Source: Acanthaster planci
Taxonomy: Eukaryota
DNA: 64,000 nucleotides
NCBI RefSeq assembly: GCF_001949145.1
Contig: NW_019091361.1
Span: 2,939,854 to 3,003,853, forward strand
Direction of reading: 5' to 3'
In this document: positions 51,201 through 64,000 of the stretch, in pieces
Layout of the letters: every line of letters begins with the position of its first letter
Numbering within the stretch: the first letter of the stretch is position 1
Notes under the pieces: generated by a model
Databases searched by the model: none
What the model saw: the letters and a program-made list of their open reading frames with translations, nothing else
Told to the model about the DNA's origin: nothing
Position numbers and translations under genes: made by a program

Positions 51201-54200
51201 GTTTCCTTTGTCAGTGTTCATCCTTTTAATTATTACTGGTCTTGTGAAAGGTCTTCTGAGGGTCTTGACTATAACGATGACTCTTATCCTCTGACACCCT
51301 CCAAAACACAAAAGCGGTGGTTATGTACTTCCATTGTAACAAGTCTTTTTACACTTCAGTTGCAAAATCTTTCACAAGACCAGTCATAAGTAACAAGCTG
51401 AACAGTGACAAGGGAATGGTTGCAGAGACTTACAATGGCGTAACTGCAACACTATTAAACAGAGTGTCTGGAGACACTTCAAAAAGATTTCGACCAGCTT
51501 ATTAATTTCCTGGGGCTTGATGTTCTTATAGAACACTGTGCAGTGGTGCAATGCTTGACAAATTAAATTCCCTGTAACATCATGATGGCTCAGCACTTAC
51601 CTGATTGATGTCATCAATGACCTCATTCACCATGTCAACCTTGGGAGGGACAATGATAGTTTCTCGGAAGGGGACAATTGGCTCCGAAACATTGATCTCG
51701 ATCTTGGCAAATCTGAACAATGGCAAAGACCGTGTTTGTTTTAATTTTAAAAATGAGCTCTTCTTGCAGTCATAAAAGTAAGGTAACAAATTAAGCAATT
51801 CTTTCTTCATAAACCATGGGCCAGAAATTCTACCTTCACTAGAGCCACAGGTTCTCTGTTCTCACTTTCCAGTGGCAACGTGAAAATGTGTGCTCTTAGT
51901 CATTTTTAGGGTGCTGAATTCAAATCTGCCTGTTGCCACAGCGTCAGGCTGTTCTAAAAGCCACCACAAGAGGGCTTCAATTCCATTTTTGGTCAAAAAC
52001 AGCATTTTGGACAAAACTTTTACATTTGTATCAGTGAATATGCAATACATGTAAGCTATGATTGAGGAATATGGAAAGAACATGCAAAAAAACTGTTTAA
52101 TCTCTGAAAAATTTTATCAACCTACATGAAAACAGTTGCCAATTTTGATGGACGGGAACAGATACAATTATGAGAGGCCCATGTAGAGGCAACTGTTTTC
52201 CTGCAAAGCCGTGACTGCTCTAAAAAACAACAATTTTTCCAACATATGTATGTAAGGCTTTTCGGTTGCAGCTACGCGTTTAATTATTTCAAAAACACAA
52301 ACTACTTTTGTTTTCTATTCTAATCCATATTTCCCAAACTGAACATGTCATGGTTTCATTCATGTCCTCCCTTAACCTCTAAACCATGTACCTCTCCTTA
52401 ACAATCTGCTTGTCTGAGCAAACAGCAAAACAACATTGAAAATACCTGTCTCTGAGGTCATCAAGGCAGCGCTCCAGGTGGACTTCGCCTGCAGCCACTA
52501 TGACATGTTCGCCAGTCTCTTGTACCAAAACCTCCACGCAGGGATCGGCCTGGTTCAGCAGCTTCATGCCCATCACAAGAGATGGCATGTCGGCTTTATC
52601 AGGGAAGCAAAGACAACATGCAATAAGACAGAGGTGGAGGTCAAGCACTGACTCCTGCTCTGGTAGATTCTCCTAATCATCGGGCCCTCTATACAAGTGC
52701 TTCCTCTGCGGGGACAAGAAAGTCCAGGCAGATACTTCAAGACCATGGGCAAGTTTGAGTGGCGACCATTTGTTAACCACAAGTTAAAGTTGCCTGGTAC
52801 CCAGGAAATATTTTGTGTTCGGGTCACAGTGAAAAATTGACCAGTCAATGGCAATTGGTCATCACCCGAACTTGCTTACTGCCTCCAAAGGCACAGCACC
52901 ATGCTCAAAGATCATGCAGGATTGTGTGAAGGACAGCTGATCAAAGGGCATCAACATGCACAATGTACATGTAAGTATCTGGACCGTGTATGAACAAGAG
53001 ATTGTGTGTTTTTACATAGCAAACATCCTCTTGGTTGGGACATCCTTTTTGCATGCACAGGTGCATATACACAGGGCCTGGGCATTGCCGAGCATGCTTA
53101 TAACCACTAGATATCTCTTGGAATGACTATCATCATGTGCGTACTGGGCTACCAGTCTCTACATTGTTTGCCAGCAAGGATGTGCAATGTATTTTTACCC
53201 AGAGCAGATGGGGTTCCATGCAAATCAGAGCCATTCTGTACTTCAAAAAGGGAAGTTGTATAATTTTCATTTCTTGCACTGTTCCACTCTAAGACGCAGT
53301 CCTAAGGCAGGGGGAAAAAAACTCAAAACCTAGAGCTAAGCCAAAAGCATAGATCTTTGGGAGTGGGGAGGACCTACAGAGCAATTTCAAGGAAATAATG
53401 AAACTCTGGCAATCGATGGGAGCGGATTTCACGACGGATGTTGAGTGACAAGTTATAAACTCACCCAAGTGTTTGGGCTCCACAGCGACCCTGACAATCG
53501 GAGCAGCAGCAAAGGTCATGGAGGTGAAAGCTGGACAGGCCACTGTGCTGGACACGGTCGCAGATTTTAAGACCAATTCCTCCAACCCCCCGATGCCTGT
53601 CAGGAAAAGAATTTTTAAAAATTGTCACAGCCTCTTCCTCGATGCTGCTGTCTTGCCTGCTATCCAGACCTGCAGTACCTATGCCGCACAGGTCACGTCA
53701 AAGTGACATGTGCAGTATAGGTACCGCACATGTAAGGTATTACATCGAAGTACCCACATAGAAGGTATTACATTGAATGCACATGCTTTGTTTCTTTTAC
53801 TCTACATCCTAGCGGAATAATGAAGCAAAGTGTTGACTAGGGCATCAGGGTGCCTTACCCCCTTCAGCAAGGGGCTTTGAACACTCCTACCCAATACTCC
53901 CCTTCACAGGACAACTAAGGGTGCCTGTATATGCCAGTAACAGTAGTTACACATGCCTAGGGACCGGACAGCATTGGGCAAGATCCAGCGACGACTACAC
54001 ATCACTATAGTTCAACTAACAATGCCTGAACAATAGATGGTTTATGCCAGTAACGGTAGTTACACATCCCTAGGGACCGGACAGAATTGAGCAAGTTCCT
54101 GCGACGACCACAGATCGCTACAGTTTAACTAACAACGCCTGAACGATAGACGGTTTATGTCAGTAACAGTAGTTACACATCCCTAGGGACCGGACAGCAT

Positions 54201-57200
54201 TGGGCAAGTTCCAGTGACGACTACACATCACTACAGTTCAACTAACAACGTCTGAACGATAGACGGTTTATGCCAGTAACAGTAGTTACACATCCCGAGG
54301 GACCGGACAGCATTGGGCAAGTTCCAGCAACGACTACAGATCACGACAGTTCAATTAACAACGCCTAAACGATAAACGGTTTGGACTATCTAGTCAACCA
54401 TTTGGGACAAGGCCCTATGGCATGGTCCCACTGCTATTTATCAATAGCCGATTTCATTTATTATTATAGAGGGAACAATTCACATGAAAATAATTGTACG
54501 AGATCTCGTGACTATGTACGCTGCGAGATTCGCAGCCAACTGTAAAATGACAGTAACGATGAGAGTTTTAAAAATTGACTGACTAGGGTCATTCGAGTGT
54601 AAATCAACGCACATGCGCATTGCTAATTTTGACAACTGGTCAATCTACAGTTTGCACCCAAACTTGCCTATAAATGGCTGTAAGCACAGAACTCAAATGA
54701 TTCCAAGAACAACCTTGACACTGGCTCATGCCTGGACACTGACTTTAAGCAAATGGTGGCATTTTTCCATATGGAAGAGAGTATGGCAAATAATCAAAAC
54801 TCATCAAAGACGAGCCAGTTTAATTTCAGGAACCCACCTAGGACGTTTCCTGCTGGTACACTGTTCATCGGCTCCAACTCTCTACCCATGAGTAGATACA
54901 GGTCGTTCACTTCAACCTCTGTCACACTGCTCCCAGACACCTCGCTCTCCACAAAGCTGAACATAACGCCTTCGTCCTTGTATGCAATTAAACAGTGCAG
55001 GAAGCAATTTAAGACAGCTAGTTCAGTGAGAGTTACAGTAAGCTCAGTGGGTATCAGATGACATGATGATCGTGACCCTTGACCTCTATGGACAGGACAT
55101 GCAATGGCAGTCACATCATGAAAATTCCTACAGAATAACTGTCTTGTAACCTGACTTGTGACTGTTCACTAAAATTTCCCACCAAATGCAAATTCAAGCT
55201 TTTTACTGTCCTTCCTGTATCTTTAATACACAAAATTGCCAGCTGCATGTAAATAAGCACCATTACTTATTTCAAAGATGCCAGTTTGTTTGACAGGAAA
55301 TCTGTCATTTTTTGAGATTGGAACCCCTCTGGGTTATTTGATTTTATGACTGTTGAAACCACTCATGACATTAATACATGTATATTGTTTTCAGTGGTTT
55401 TAAGAAACACTACCAATATTGTGACCATACCTTTAAACCACATTATGAATTATTCAGTTTAACCGTACTAAAACAGTACGTTTGTATACCTGTTGTCTTA
55501 CTGTCAGATTAAAGAGTTTCACACTGGAAAATTCGAAATTTGCAAAGTTTAAAATGTCTCATTCTCACCTTGGAAGGAATACAATTAAAAAACACTTTCC
55601 AGATAGGCAATTAGTTTACACTGTAATCGTTCTTTTACACAATCAATCTGTTTCCCAGGAGTACATTTATGATGACACTTACCTTGGCCAAGGCTTTCAT
55701 CGGGTCATGTTTAGGATTGAGAACATACAGCTTCTGGCCTTTGTGTATCCGTCCGCTGAAGACACGGGCAAAGGCCAGAAAGGTCTCGCCTTCATCTCCC
55801 TTCTTGCCTTCAAGGGTGCTTTCGCTGGGCAACATCACGCCGTTTTCTGAAGGTTCTGGTGGTAGTAAATTCAAAAGTAAATTCTGCTCTGAGCCTGAAA
55901 ACCTTCCTCTGACACAGAGTAAAATTGCAATGGTGGCGAAGTTTCTGTGAATTTTCACTGTCGTTGTGATCCTTTGTAGTTAAAACTCTCTAAAAGATAC
56001 TGAAGAATGCAATGGAATATCAAACATATTGACTATGGAGAATAACTCGTTCCATATCTTCATGATATTTCTCACCATAACCTCATATTCTACAACCCTC
56101 AAAGTGATATTTGCTACAAGCAGTGCAGAGTAGTTCAATACACGGTCTGCCTCCGTGAAACCTGTCTGGTGTGTGTATACAAAACCAGTGGGGGATAAGA
56201 CATGCATGAACACCTGCTACAGGAGACTCTAGGGCTGAGTTCAGATGGTGGGTTCTCATCAATCATGAACAGTTGGACGGACTTGTATTAGGGTCGGCCG
56301 CTCGAATGCCCGGAACGTACAACTGGTTATTGCTGATAGTTAGTGACAAGTAACATACGACAGTGAGGCATCCATGTACGCTAATCAAGGTTAATGTCTA
56401 GATTTCCAGGCTACATTCTTTCCTACTTAAAAAAGAACATTTGTTTCTGTGGTAAGGAAAGTCATCAATGTTTATTAATACCAAAACTTTTCCACTGTCT
56501 CTGGCTTTGACGGCCATCTCGCTATTTTTTGCAACTCTTTAAGAATCAAAATCCTACGCATTTTTTCCTTGTTTGTGCAAAACTCTGATGAGGAGCAGGT
56601 GTGTGATCCTGTTCCGAGAACAGTGTTCTCGGGTCGTGTTCCCACCGTTCAAGTGCGAGAACAAGAACCCGGACATGATCCAGAAATGCTCAACATTCAT
56701 AACAGTCAGCTGCCACAACGTATGGTGCTTATAACTCCTCTGGAGCAAATATATTGAACTTTCTGTAACACTACTTTTTCCAATTACCTATCATGTTTTC
56801 TAGTTGGCTATCAGGTCGTGCATCCTGTTGCTGATTGGCTACTCTCTGGGCGTGTCTCTGTCTGGCCTCTTCTCTCCTCCTTTGCAGCTCTTCCTCTGTG
56901 AGAGGCCTGACAGAGAGAAGGGCACAAAGATGAGAAAACATTGATAACAATCCCCTCCGACAGAGAACTGAGTGTAAACAATGGCCAAATAGGTTGTGAA
57001 GATTTTTTCCACAGTTAGTCACAAAATTCTTTCAGAGATGATCAGGTACCAGGCCCCGCTGGTAAATAATTAAGACATTCATGCAACAATATGAATGTAT
57101 TTTCATATTTTACACAACTGCTAGATTCCCTAAGTCTCTTCCTTTCCTTTTAGGAAATATGAATGTGGAATAAAAGAAATCCTAAGACAGACAAAATAAA

Positions 57201-60200
57201 GTGGCAGGTAGTCCGTGCAAACCTCTGAGCCCAATGCTAAAACTCTGCTACCCTCTCATGACTATGTATAACTTCAGAGGGCCTAGGGTCACGGCCGTGT
57301 TGGGAAGTTTTAACTGTCAGGAAAATTTAAATAGAGTTTGGGAGAACTGTAAGGCGTGAGGTCAAAATACAGACGGTTTAGAAACAGTTGAACGGNNNNN
57401 NNNNNNNNNNNNNNNNNNNNNNNNNNNNNNNNNNNNNNNNNNNNNNNNNNNNNNNNNNNNNNNNNNNNNNNNNNNNNNNNNNNNNNNNNNNNNNNNNNNN
57501 NNNNNNNNNNNNNNNNNNNNNNNNNNNNNNNNNNNNNNNNNNNNNNNNNNNNNNNNNNNNNNNNNNNNNNNNNNNNNNNNNNNNNNNNNNNNNNNNNNNN
57601 NNNNNNNNNNNNNNNNNNNNNNNNNNNNNNNNNNNNNNNNNNNNNNNNNNNNNNNNNNNNNNNNNNNNNNNNNNNNNNNNNNNNNNNNNNNNNNNNNNNN
57701 NNNNNNNNNNNNNNNNNNNNNNNNNNNNNNNNNNNNNNNNNNNNNNNNNNNNNNNNNNNNNNNNNNNNNNNNNNNNNNTTGGGGATGGGGCGGAGTGGGT
57801 TTCAGTACAGGCTTATTCTGCAAACCTTAAAGTAGGAGCCATCACTACCCTGGGATGTTGATGGGCAGTTGGTTTTCACGCATAGTATGCCTTTTCAAAC
57901 CAAAGGGTGCTACCAGTGTTGTAGTCGAGACCACTGAAGACCTTCACAAGACCACACAAGGCCAGCACAAGACCAACATAAGACCTCCAGTCTGAATTTA
58001 AGCCACAACCTATTCAAATGAACTGCAACAAAAGGATTCCTTCGGCATTGTTCACCCTGTTACTTGTGACTAGTCTTGTGGGTGGTCTTGCGTTTGGTCT
58101 TGTGTCTGGTCTTATGCCTGGTCTTGTGCCTGGTCTCGACTACAACACTGGGTGCTACAGCTCAGGTCCAAGACTGCCCCTGCAGTAATGCTATTTACTT
58201 GATTGGGGTAGGGCAGGGGACTAGCGCTTGGATGGGGGGGAAGGCAAGAGCATGGGAGGGGTATTGTTGGGTTCTTGGTTTCGTCACAGGTGGAATACAA
58301 GATGGATAGTTTCAACACAGACAAACAAAGCTTTCAGACAAAGAGATAAGGTGTCTGTCTTACCAGATTTCAGCAGCTGTGATTGAGGAGGTAGAGTGTT
58401 GAATCGTCTACCGCCGGCACACATGAGCTTCTCTATCCTGACAGCATCAATGTTTAATGGGCTGGGCAGCTTCTGACATACCATGGCTGTGTGGCGAGAG
58501 TTTGATGGTTAAAGAAATAAATACGCGACCGTTGCCTATGATCAGACAAATTATAGATTTGAATCATCTAAATCTTGAGACCCAGAGATTATGAACAACT
58601 GAACACTCTCCACGCTCTGTACCATCTGACTATTTTCCAGAACAATTAAGAAAAATGAATCTTCACTTTTTCTAAACTGCTGATAATTTCCTTGAATCAA
58701 TAAGGTGCCACAGATTTACAGATCTGGCACTCTGTTGTAATATGCACTCCCTAGAGGCAATATGGGCGGCCAATTCTGAAATGACCGCACACCAATCCAA
58801 AATACTACTGGCCTGTTCTTATACAAAAGGATACAGAGCACGGCTTGGGAAAGGGGTAGCCACTGTGCACAGATTGCCTGCAGATGCACCTTGGGGTCAT
58901 TGTGCCGTAAGTCACGAGCTGCAATCTTCAGGTTCAAGGAATCAATGATCTTCAGCATTTTGTCCTTGTCTCTGCCAAAAAAAAATTTGATTCAATCACA
59001 AAGTTGAGGAAGTGTCAAATTATCTGCTTCAGAAAGCCAGGTTTTGGTAAAGTGTCCACTTGATGGTGTGACATGAGAAAGATGATACGTGTAAATATAG
59101 AGAAAAACCATCTTTACAAAACAAAGCTCAGATTTACTCCCCTGGATGCAAATAGTGAAAGCAAAGGATTACAAAATCGATACATAGTAGGCAATCACTA
59201 AAGTGAAGTAATACTGATAGAAAATAATGTAAGGGTTGTTTCATGATGTACATGATATTTCATGATTTCATGAGACTAAACAACTATATAGCACATGATG
59301 CCGTCATTAAATATGACTTTGCCAAATGACTGGTTTCAGCACTGTGACTGCATAGTCCCTTGCACTTTCGCGTTTTTACATGCCCTGGCCAATATTTTGG
59401 ACAGAATACCAGTCTTGTCATGATGTCCATATGTCACAGTGACAGCATATCCATATGTCACAGTGACAGCATATCCATATGTCACAGTGACAGCACAGAA
59501 CTTCACAGCTAACCGTACAAAAAAGAACAAAATTATAAAGGTGGGACAAGCAGGTAAGCACTGGTACAAACCAAAATGTCTTACTGATCATACATGTCCG
59601 ATGCATTGACACGTACATGTACACGCCATTGCAGGAATTGCTCTTGCCTTCAGTCTAGGATTGGGCACAGGAAGGATGCCTTTAACCCTAACCCTCCCAG
59701 GGTGCTTGGCAAGAAACCCTGCCAGACACATCAGCCTGCATCATTTGTCAAAGTGGCTCGCCTGCCCAGTATAACAAGATCCAATGGGTCAACCCTCCCT
59801 AGGGCCAAACAGCCTGAGAGTCTGTGGTTGCAAGTCACCACAAGATCCAACAGTGGTATTGTTCAATGGGACTAGCTCCGATTGTCTCAACCTGGCCAGT
59901 TTGTTCGGCTGCTGTTGATTGCCAAGTGCATCAAAGCGCACCAGACCTTTTTGCCTGATGCACTATGTTGCTTCTGGCAGGGTTAGGGTTAATAAACTAA
60001 ACACAGTTCTGACTACAAATGCAGTAAAACTGGTGCCTATCTCAGAGCTGAGGTTCTACATGCTGCAAACAAAGATTAGAACAAAGCTCATTACCTCTTG
60101 ACCAATATGGTGTCATAGAGAGACCACAGATTTTCAAGAATAAATTGCACAAATAACGGCTTCTTCCCTTTCGCCTGCAGAGAAAGAGACATGAAGAGAT

Positions 60201-63200
60201 ACAATACATGTAAATAAGAGGTCAAAGGTTACAAGTTGCCATGCTATGAAGTAGCATAGAGTGCTCATTAACCCTAACAGTCCTCAATCCTTCACCTGTT
60301 GGAGGACTGAGGACTGTTAGGGTTAAGGGTAGCAGAGTTGTTTGGGGAATGGCTGAGAAAGCTTAGAGCAGATGGAAGAGGGGCTTGATACCAGAGACAA
60401 GTAACAGGTAATCTGGAACGCCCTTTGAGAGGTTTTTCAATTTGCCCAACAAGTGTACAGGTACGTGGAAACTTTGGCATGCTTCTCAATTTCAATACTG
60501 TATGTTAAAACCCTCCTTTGGTTTTACAGCACAGATATGCACGAGTGCCCACAGTCACTCTTGTGCATGTATTTTCTACATGAAACACAAACATGCACAG
60601 GTTCAGTGTGTACACAGTAGGTTGCCAACACAAAATGACCCAGGGTCTGCATTTGGTTTACTGCACAATTATTANNNNNNNNNNNNNNNNNNNNNNNNNN
60701 NNNNNNNNNNNNNNNNNNNNNNNNNNNNNNNNNNNNNNNNNNNNGAGGTGTTTACCAAGTGACCCAAAGAGTGACTTCAGCATAGGAGGGTTAAGCAGGG
60801 CTTCTAGCCCATACGTTGGCATTTTAGCTGCTTTAGAAAAAAACATTTTTTGCTCCTGGCAAGTCCACTGATAATTTTATATAATCTTTGAAGAGTCAAA
60901 CATTACCTGGGCCCCTTTCATGATTCGTTTGGTTTTGCTGTTCAAGAAGAAATCTCCCCACAACGTCTTTCGCAGGATTTCAAACTTCACACCCAGTTTG
61001 GCAGCATACATGGTTGCAAAATGGTCAATTCTGGAATGGCATAAAAAATGATTCCAGTTAACCCCTTCACGGCGGGATAATTTTGACCACGACTGCTGGG
61101 CTGTGGTATGCCCTGAATGGAGGGCTTTGTCCAGCAGCAGGCCCCATTGAACCAGCAGCTGCATGGTGAATAGACTGTATTTGTGGTATGCACTAATCCT
61201 CACACGACGGTGCAGTAGCAGCAGTCCTCCATAGCGAAGGGGTTAGTAAAAACAGACATGAGTTTGGCAATACAAGCACATCATAGTTCTCTGGAGCTAT
61301 CATAAGTTGTAACCAGTATAGTCATTGTTTCACTAAATTTTTGGCATATACGCACACAGAAGGTGGAAAACACACCCAAATTTTGTGAAACTGCTCACTG
61401 TTTTAGTTGAAAACCTTATTTGAATAAGAGGGCTCTTAAAGTTATCAAGTGCTGGCAAGAAAGATTATCTTAACTTAAATTATTAAAGTTAGATGAATGG
61501 TTACTCAACCAAAGAGAGATTACGTGAAAGATCCTAAGCTAGGCAATATTAGGCGATAAAGAGAAATTTTAATGAAACATGGGGGATTATAAGACTAAAA
61601 TGCTATGACTTTTCAGAGTTATTAACAAGGCATGAAAGTGGCACTAATTTTGTGCGTCTTGCTTTCAGGTTGTTTTTTTGTTTTGACACAGTGTTGGAAA
61701 TTATCAAAACCTGAATGGTTAAGCCTCTGAATTTCCACAATTTGGGGGTTCAAAGATCAAGAAAATCCAAGAAAGTCCCTTGACATACTATCCCTGCCTG
61801 AGAGATCCACTCCAAGGAAAGGATATCACCACTTACCCAAAGCCCCAGCCATCTATAGCACTGGCAAAGATGACGTTCCCCTGGTCTGGAGAGAAATAGA
61901 TATTGGAATCGTCTGTCTCCTCCAGCCCATCGCTCCAATCATACACCACTTTCTCTTCGTTGGTCTGGCAGCGTTCTGAGTCATTCGACTGGACTGTTCT
62001 CTCCGTGTTTTGTTGCTGCAAAAACAAAACGTCTCAATAAGAAGTTTGAAAGGCATCACTATTAAAGAAAAGTTGCTGATTTCTTTGTAACTTTTGTAAG
62101 CAGTGCACTTTGATTATTTCTCCTGTGCTTAGGGAGCATCTCATCAGTCGGAGGGAGCGTTATGTTGCAACATTCCATCAGATCGCTTCAGCCTTCCTCT
62201 GGAGTAGCCTGTGTGCCTATAAGAATCGAGACCATTCCGTTGGACCTTTCTACCTTTCACTGGTAAGCATGAGGGAAATGTGAGTGTAGTATATTGATCT
62301 GAGACTATCAATGCTGGGTATTTAGCAGAGACCAATTGTACCACAAGGAGTGACTTTTGCTTTTGCTCTTCAAATGGGCTGCCAGAAAGCACTGAAATTG
62401 CAGCGCTAACAATCATACATGTTCGGCCAGGCAGCACAACACAGGGACCAACAAACAAACTTACGGTGGCTTGCTCCAGGACTCCCGAGGCAAACAGGTT
62501 TCCCACCACGGCGTTAACCTGCTCCAGCACCTGCTGAAGACGCAGGTGGGCCTCCTGGGGGGTGTACTTGAGCTCCGAAATGAGGCGGTCTATCTTGTTG
62601 AGGACCAGGCAGGGGGTGATGTGCTCAAGCCAGGCCTGGCGCAAGACTACATGGGTCTGCGTTGGGAGATGCATTCGCGTTAGGAGAGTGGCAGGAATAT
62701 AAGAACAAATATTGATCAATTTTCAATACATGTATCAGCAAATGCAATTACCGAACAATGGTCAATGGGAGACTGTTCCTTACAAACAAAGTGGACACCT
62801 TGAAATAACCTGGCCACAACTTTCATTCCTCTTAAGCAATCTACCTATGTGAAAGAGACTGGAATCAGTCACTCCAGTCAACTACAGTGAAGCAGTTTAT
62901 TTCTGCCCATGATGAAGGCAGGTAAATTACTAGGACTCATCAAATGGCCCACTTGGCAAGGCAGGGCTGTGCCAAGGTGCAGGTAACCGACTGCTTTCTC
63001 AGTAATCGGCATGAGCAAAGTATGTTTTTTTCAGACTGTGATTAACTTAACTTTGAGTGTTGAAAACAAAATTGGCTTCTTGGGTTACCGCTGGAAAGTT
63101 TGACACAGATTTTTTTTTTAATACGATTTCCTTCAAGTTTCTGATTCCTCTCATATTTGACGTAAAATCTGATTAAGCATGAGGAACTTGTTGACATCAG

Positions 63201-63714
63201 TGACTTGAAGGGAGCCAGAGTCTGCAAACAACCCTCAACTTACCTGCGGACACACTCCCTCCACCACGTCTACGACAACGAGGGCGCCATCACACAATCT
63301 GGTCGCGGTGGATACCTCTCCCGAGAAGTCCACATGACCCGGGGAGTCAATCAAGTTGATAAGGTAGTCCTGATCCCCTGAAGACAGCAATGGACTCCAT
63401 TAGCATACAAACATTTGATGAAACTTAGATTGTGGGAGAACCGTGGCAAAATGGTCGGAAAATCAAATGGCTTGAGCACAGCAAGAGTTTTTAGTTGTCA
63501 TTCGACTCTACATTCTGCAATCTAGGAAAATTTCCTGAAGCCATGGTGGTGTGGTACTAACCTTGGCTAAAGCGAAGAGATATTGCACTGGATTTCATGG
63601 TGATGCCCCGTAGCTGCTCGTCCTGTCGGCTATCCATGTATCGCAGCTTCCCTGCCATGCGCGACGAGATGATCCCGTTACTGGAAAGCAGGGCGTCAGC
63701 CATTGTGGTTTTGC
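48299..63714 (-). CDS. EFL1: Elongation factor-like GTPase 1 (EFL1/EFTUD1/Ria1); 5' exon(s) lie beyond the window
   Basis: Exons: 63562-63714 ([43 protein letters not shown]), 63244-63377 ([17 protein letters not shown]), 62465-62656 (NKIDRL), 61837-62015, 60907-61030, 60095-60174, 58835-58971, 58364-58486, [probable exon in gap 57396-57778], 56788-56906, 55683-55855, 54838-54976, 53465-53596, 52446-52593 (GEVHLERCL), 51601-51712, 49972-50971, 49082-49266, 48299-48487 (ends [14 protein letters not shown]). A few acceptor positions were chosen by phase and are less certain. Confidence 0.93.
48598..48672. repeat. Tandem duplication, 2 x 36 bp, in the last EFL1 intron
   Basis: ATCTTTGGGCAATGG(TTT/CTG)CAGTGGCTAAGCCAGTGG occurs twice. 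Confidence 0.9.
49588..49865. mobile_element. piggyBac-type MITE, 278 bp
   Basis: TTAA|CCACTTGCTGCCGGG ... CCCGGCAGGAAGTGG|TTAA (14/15 TIR match, TTAA on both sides). Confidence 0.85.
53931..54382. repeat. Tandem repeat, 4 x 113 bp, in an EFL1 intron
   Basis: Unit ATGCCAGTAACAGTAGTTACACATCCCTAGGGACCGGACAG...AACGATAGACGGTTT starts at 53931, 54044, 54157 and 54270; the units differ by substitutions only. Confidence 0.95.
57914..58150. mobile_element. hAT-type MITE, 237 bp
   Basis: Perfect 20-bp TIR CAGTGTTGTAGTCGAGACCA / TGGTCTCGACTACAACACTG, perfect 8-bp TSD GGTGCTAC (57906-57913, 58151-58158), and subterminal CAAGACC repeats in inverted orientation. Confidence 0.92.
59427..59495. repeat. 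Tandem repeat, ~3 x 24 bp
   Basis: CCATATGTCACAGTGACAGCATAT repeated about three times. Confidence 0.9.
59686..59988. mobile_element. piggyBac-type MITE, ~303 bp
   Basis: TTAA|CCCTAACCCTCCCAG ... CTGGCAGGGTTAGGG|TTAA. Confidence 0.8.
60272..60322. mobile_element. Minimal TTAA-flanked palindromic element, 51 bp
   Basis: TTAA|CCCTAACAGTCCTCA ... TGAGGACTGTTAGGG|TTAA, perfect 15-bp TIR. Confidence 0.75.
61062..61242. mobile_element. Probable piggyBac-type MITE (degenerate)
   Basis: TTAA|CCCCTTC ... GAAGGGG|TTAG; short TIR only. Confidence 0.45.
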
Positions 63715-64000
63715 CTGGCAAAAATGGTGCAACATTCTGTCAGTACTGACCCAAAGGGCACAGTTCAGAGGGTTCCTTACTTGACTTCAGACTCAAGATT
63801 TTGTTACTGGAATTTGGAAAAAGCAAACTGAACACTGTAGGTTCAGTTGGTCCTTGCCACTAACACCACTTCATTTACAGTTGGCAAGCCTGCTGTATCC
63901 AATCCAACCAGTACAGCAGTGCGAAATTGACCAAGCCAATGGCTGTGGCAAAATGGAACGACTGCGACCAGGAGTACCACGTTTGTCTGTGGCAAGTGGC

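Noticed and set aside
53931..54382. CRISPR-like array or tandem ribozyme/snoRNA cluster
   Set aside because: The whole unit is repeated with no unique spacers, the context is a eukaryotic intron, and there are no ribozyme or C/D box motifs.
56554..56757. Short ORFs on both strands in an EFL1 intron
   Set aside because: No EFL1-like or other recognisable motif, and the flanking exons join in phase without it.

Overview
Eukaryotic (animal) genomic DNA with GT-AG introns and five N-gaps; an invertebrate deuterostome such as an echinoderm is my guess, not something the sequence proves. All protein-coding genes are on the minus strand. From left to right: (1) A tandem array of three 5-coding-exon CYP2-clan cytochrome P450 genes (1757-5550, 10260-15981, 26309-30409). 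The third has one in-frame TAG in exon 3, and the copies show patchy similarity suggesting gene conversion. (2) A decayed DIRS1-type tyrosine-recombinase retrotransposon (~16.7-20.6 kb) between copies 2 and 3. (3) A 13-exon PDIA3/ERp57-like protein disulfide isomerase gene (35279-46387) with two WCGHC sites, a C-terminal TDEL and a 22-nt microexon. (4) A tRNA-Val(AAC) gene on the plus strand (47019-47091). (5) Most of an EFL1/EFTUD1 GTPase gene (48299 to beyond 64000). Introns and intergenic DNA hold many small non-autonomous DNA transposons: hAT-type with an 8-bp TSD, TTAA piggyBac-type, a long-TIR element with a 6-bp TSD, and palindromic MITEs. There is also a 4 x 113-bp tandem repeat. I found no convincing wholly new biological system. 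The most interesting points are the evolution of the P450 cluster and the transposon architecture.
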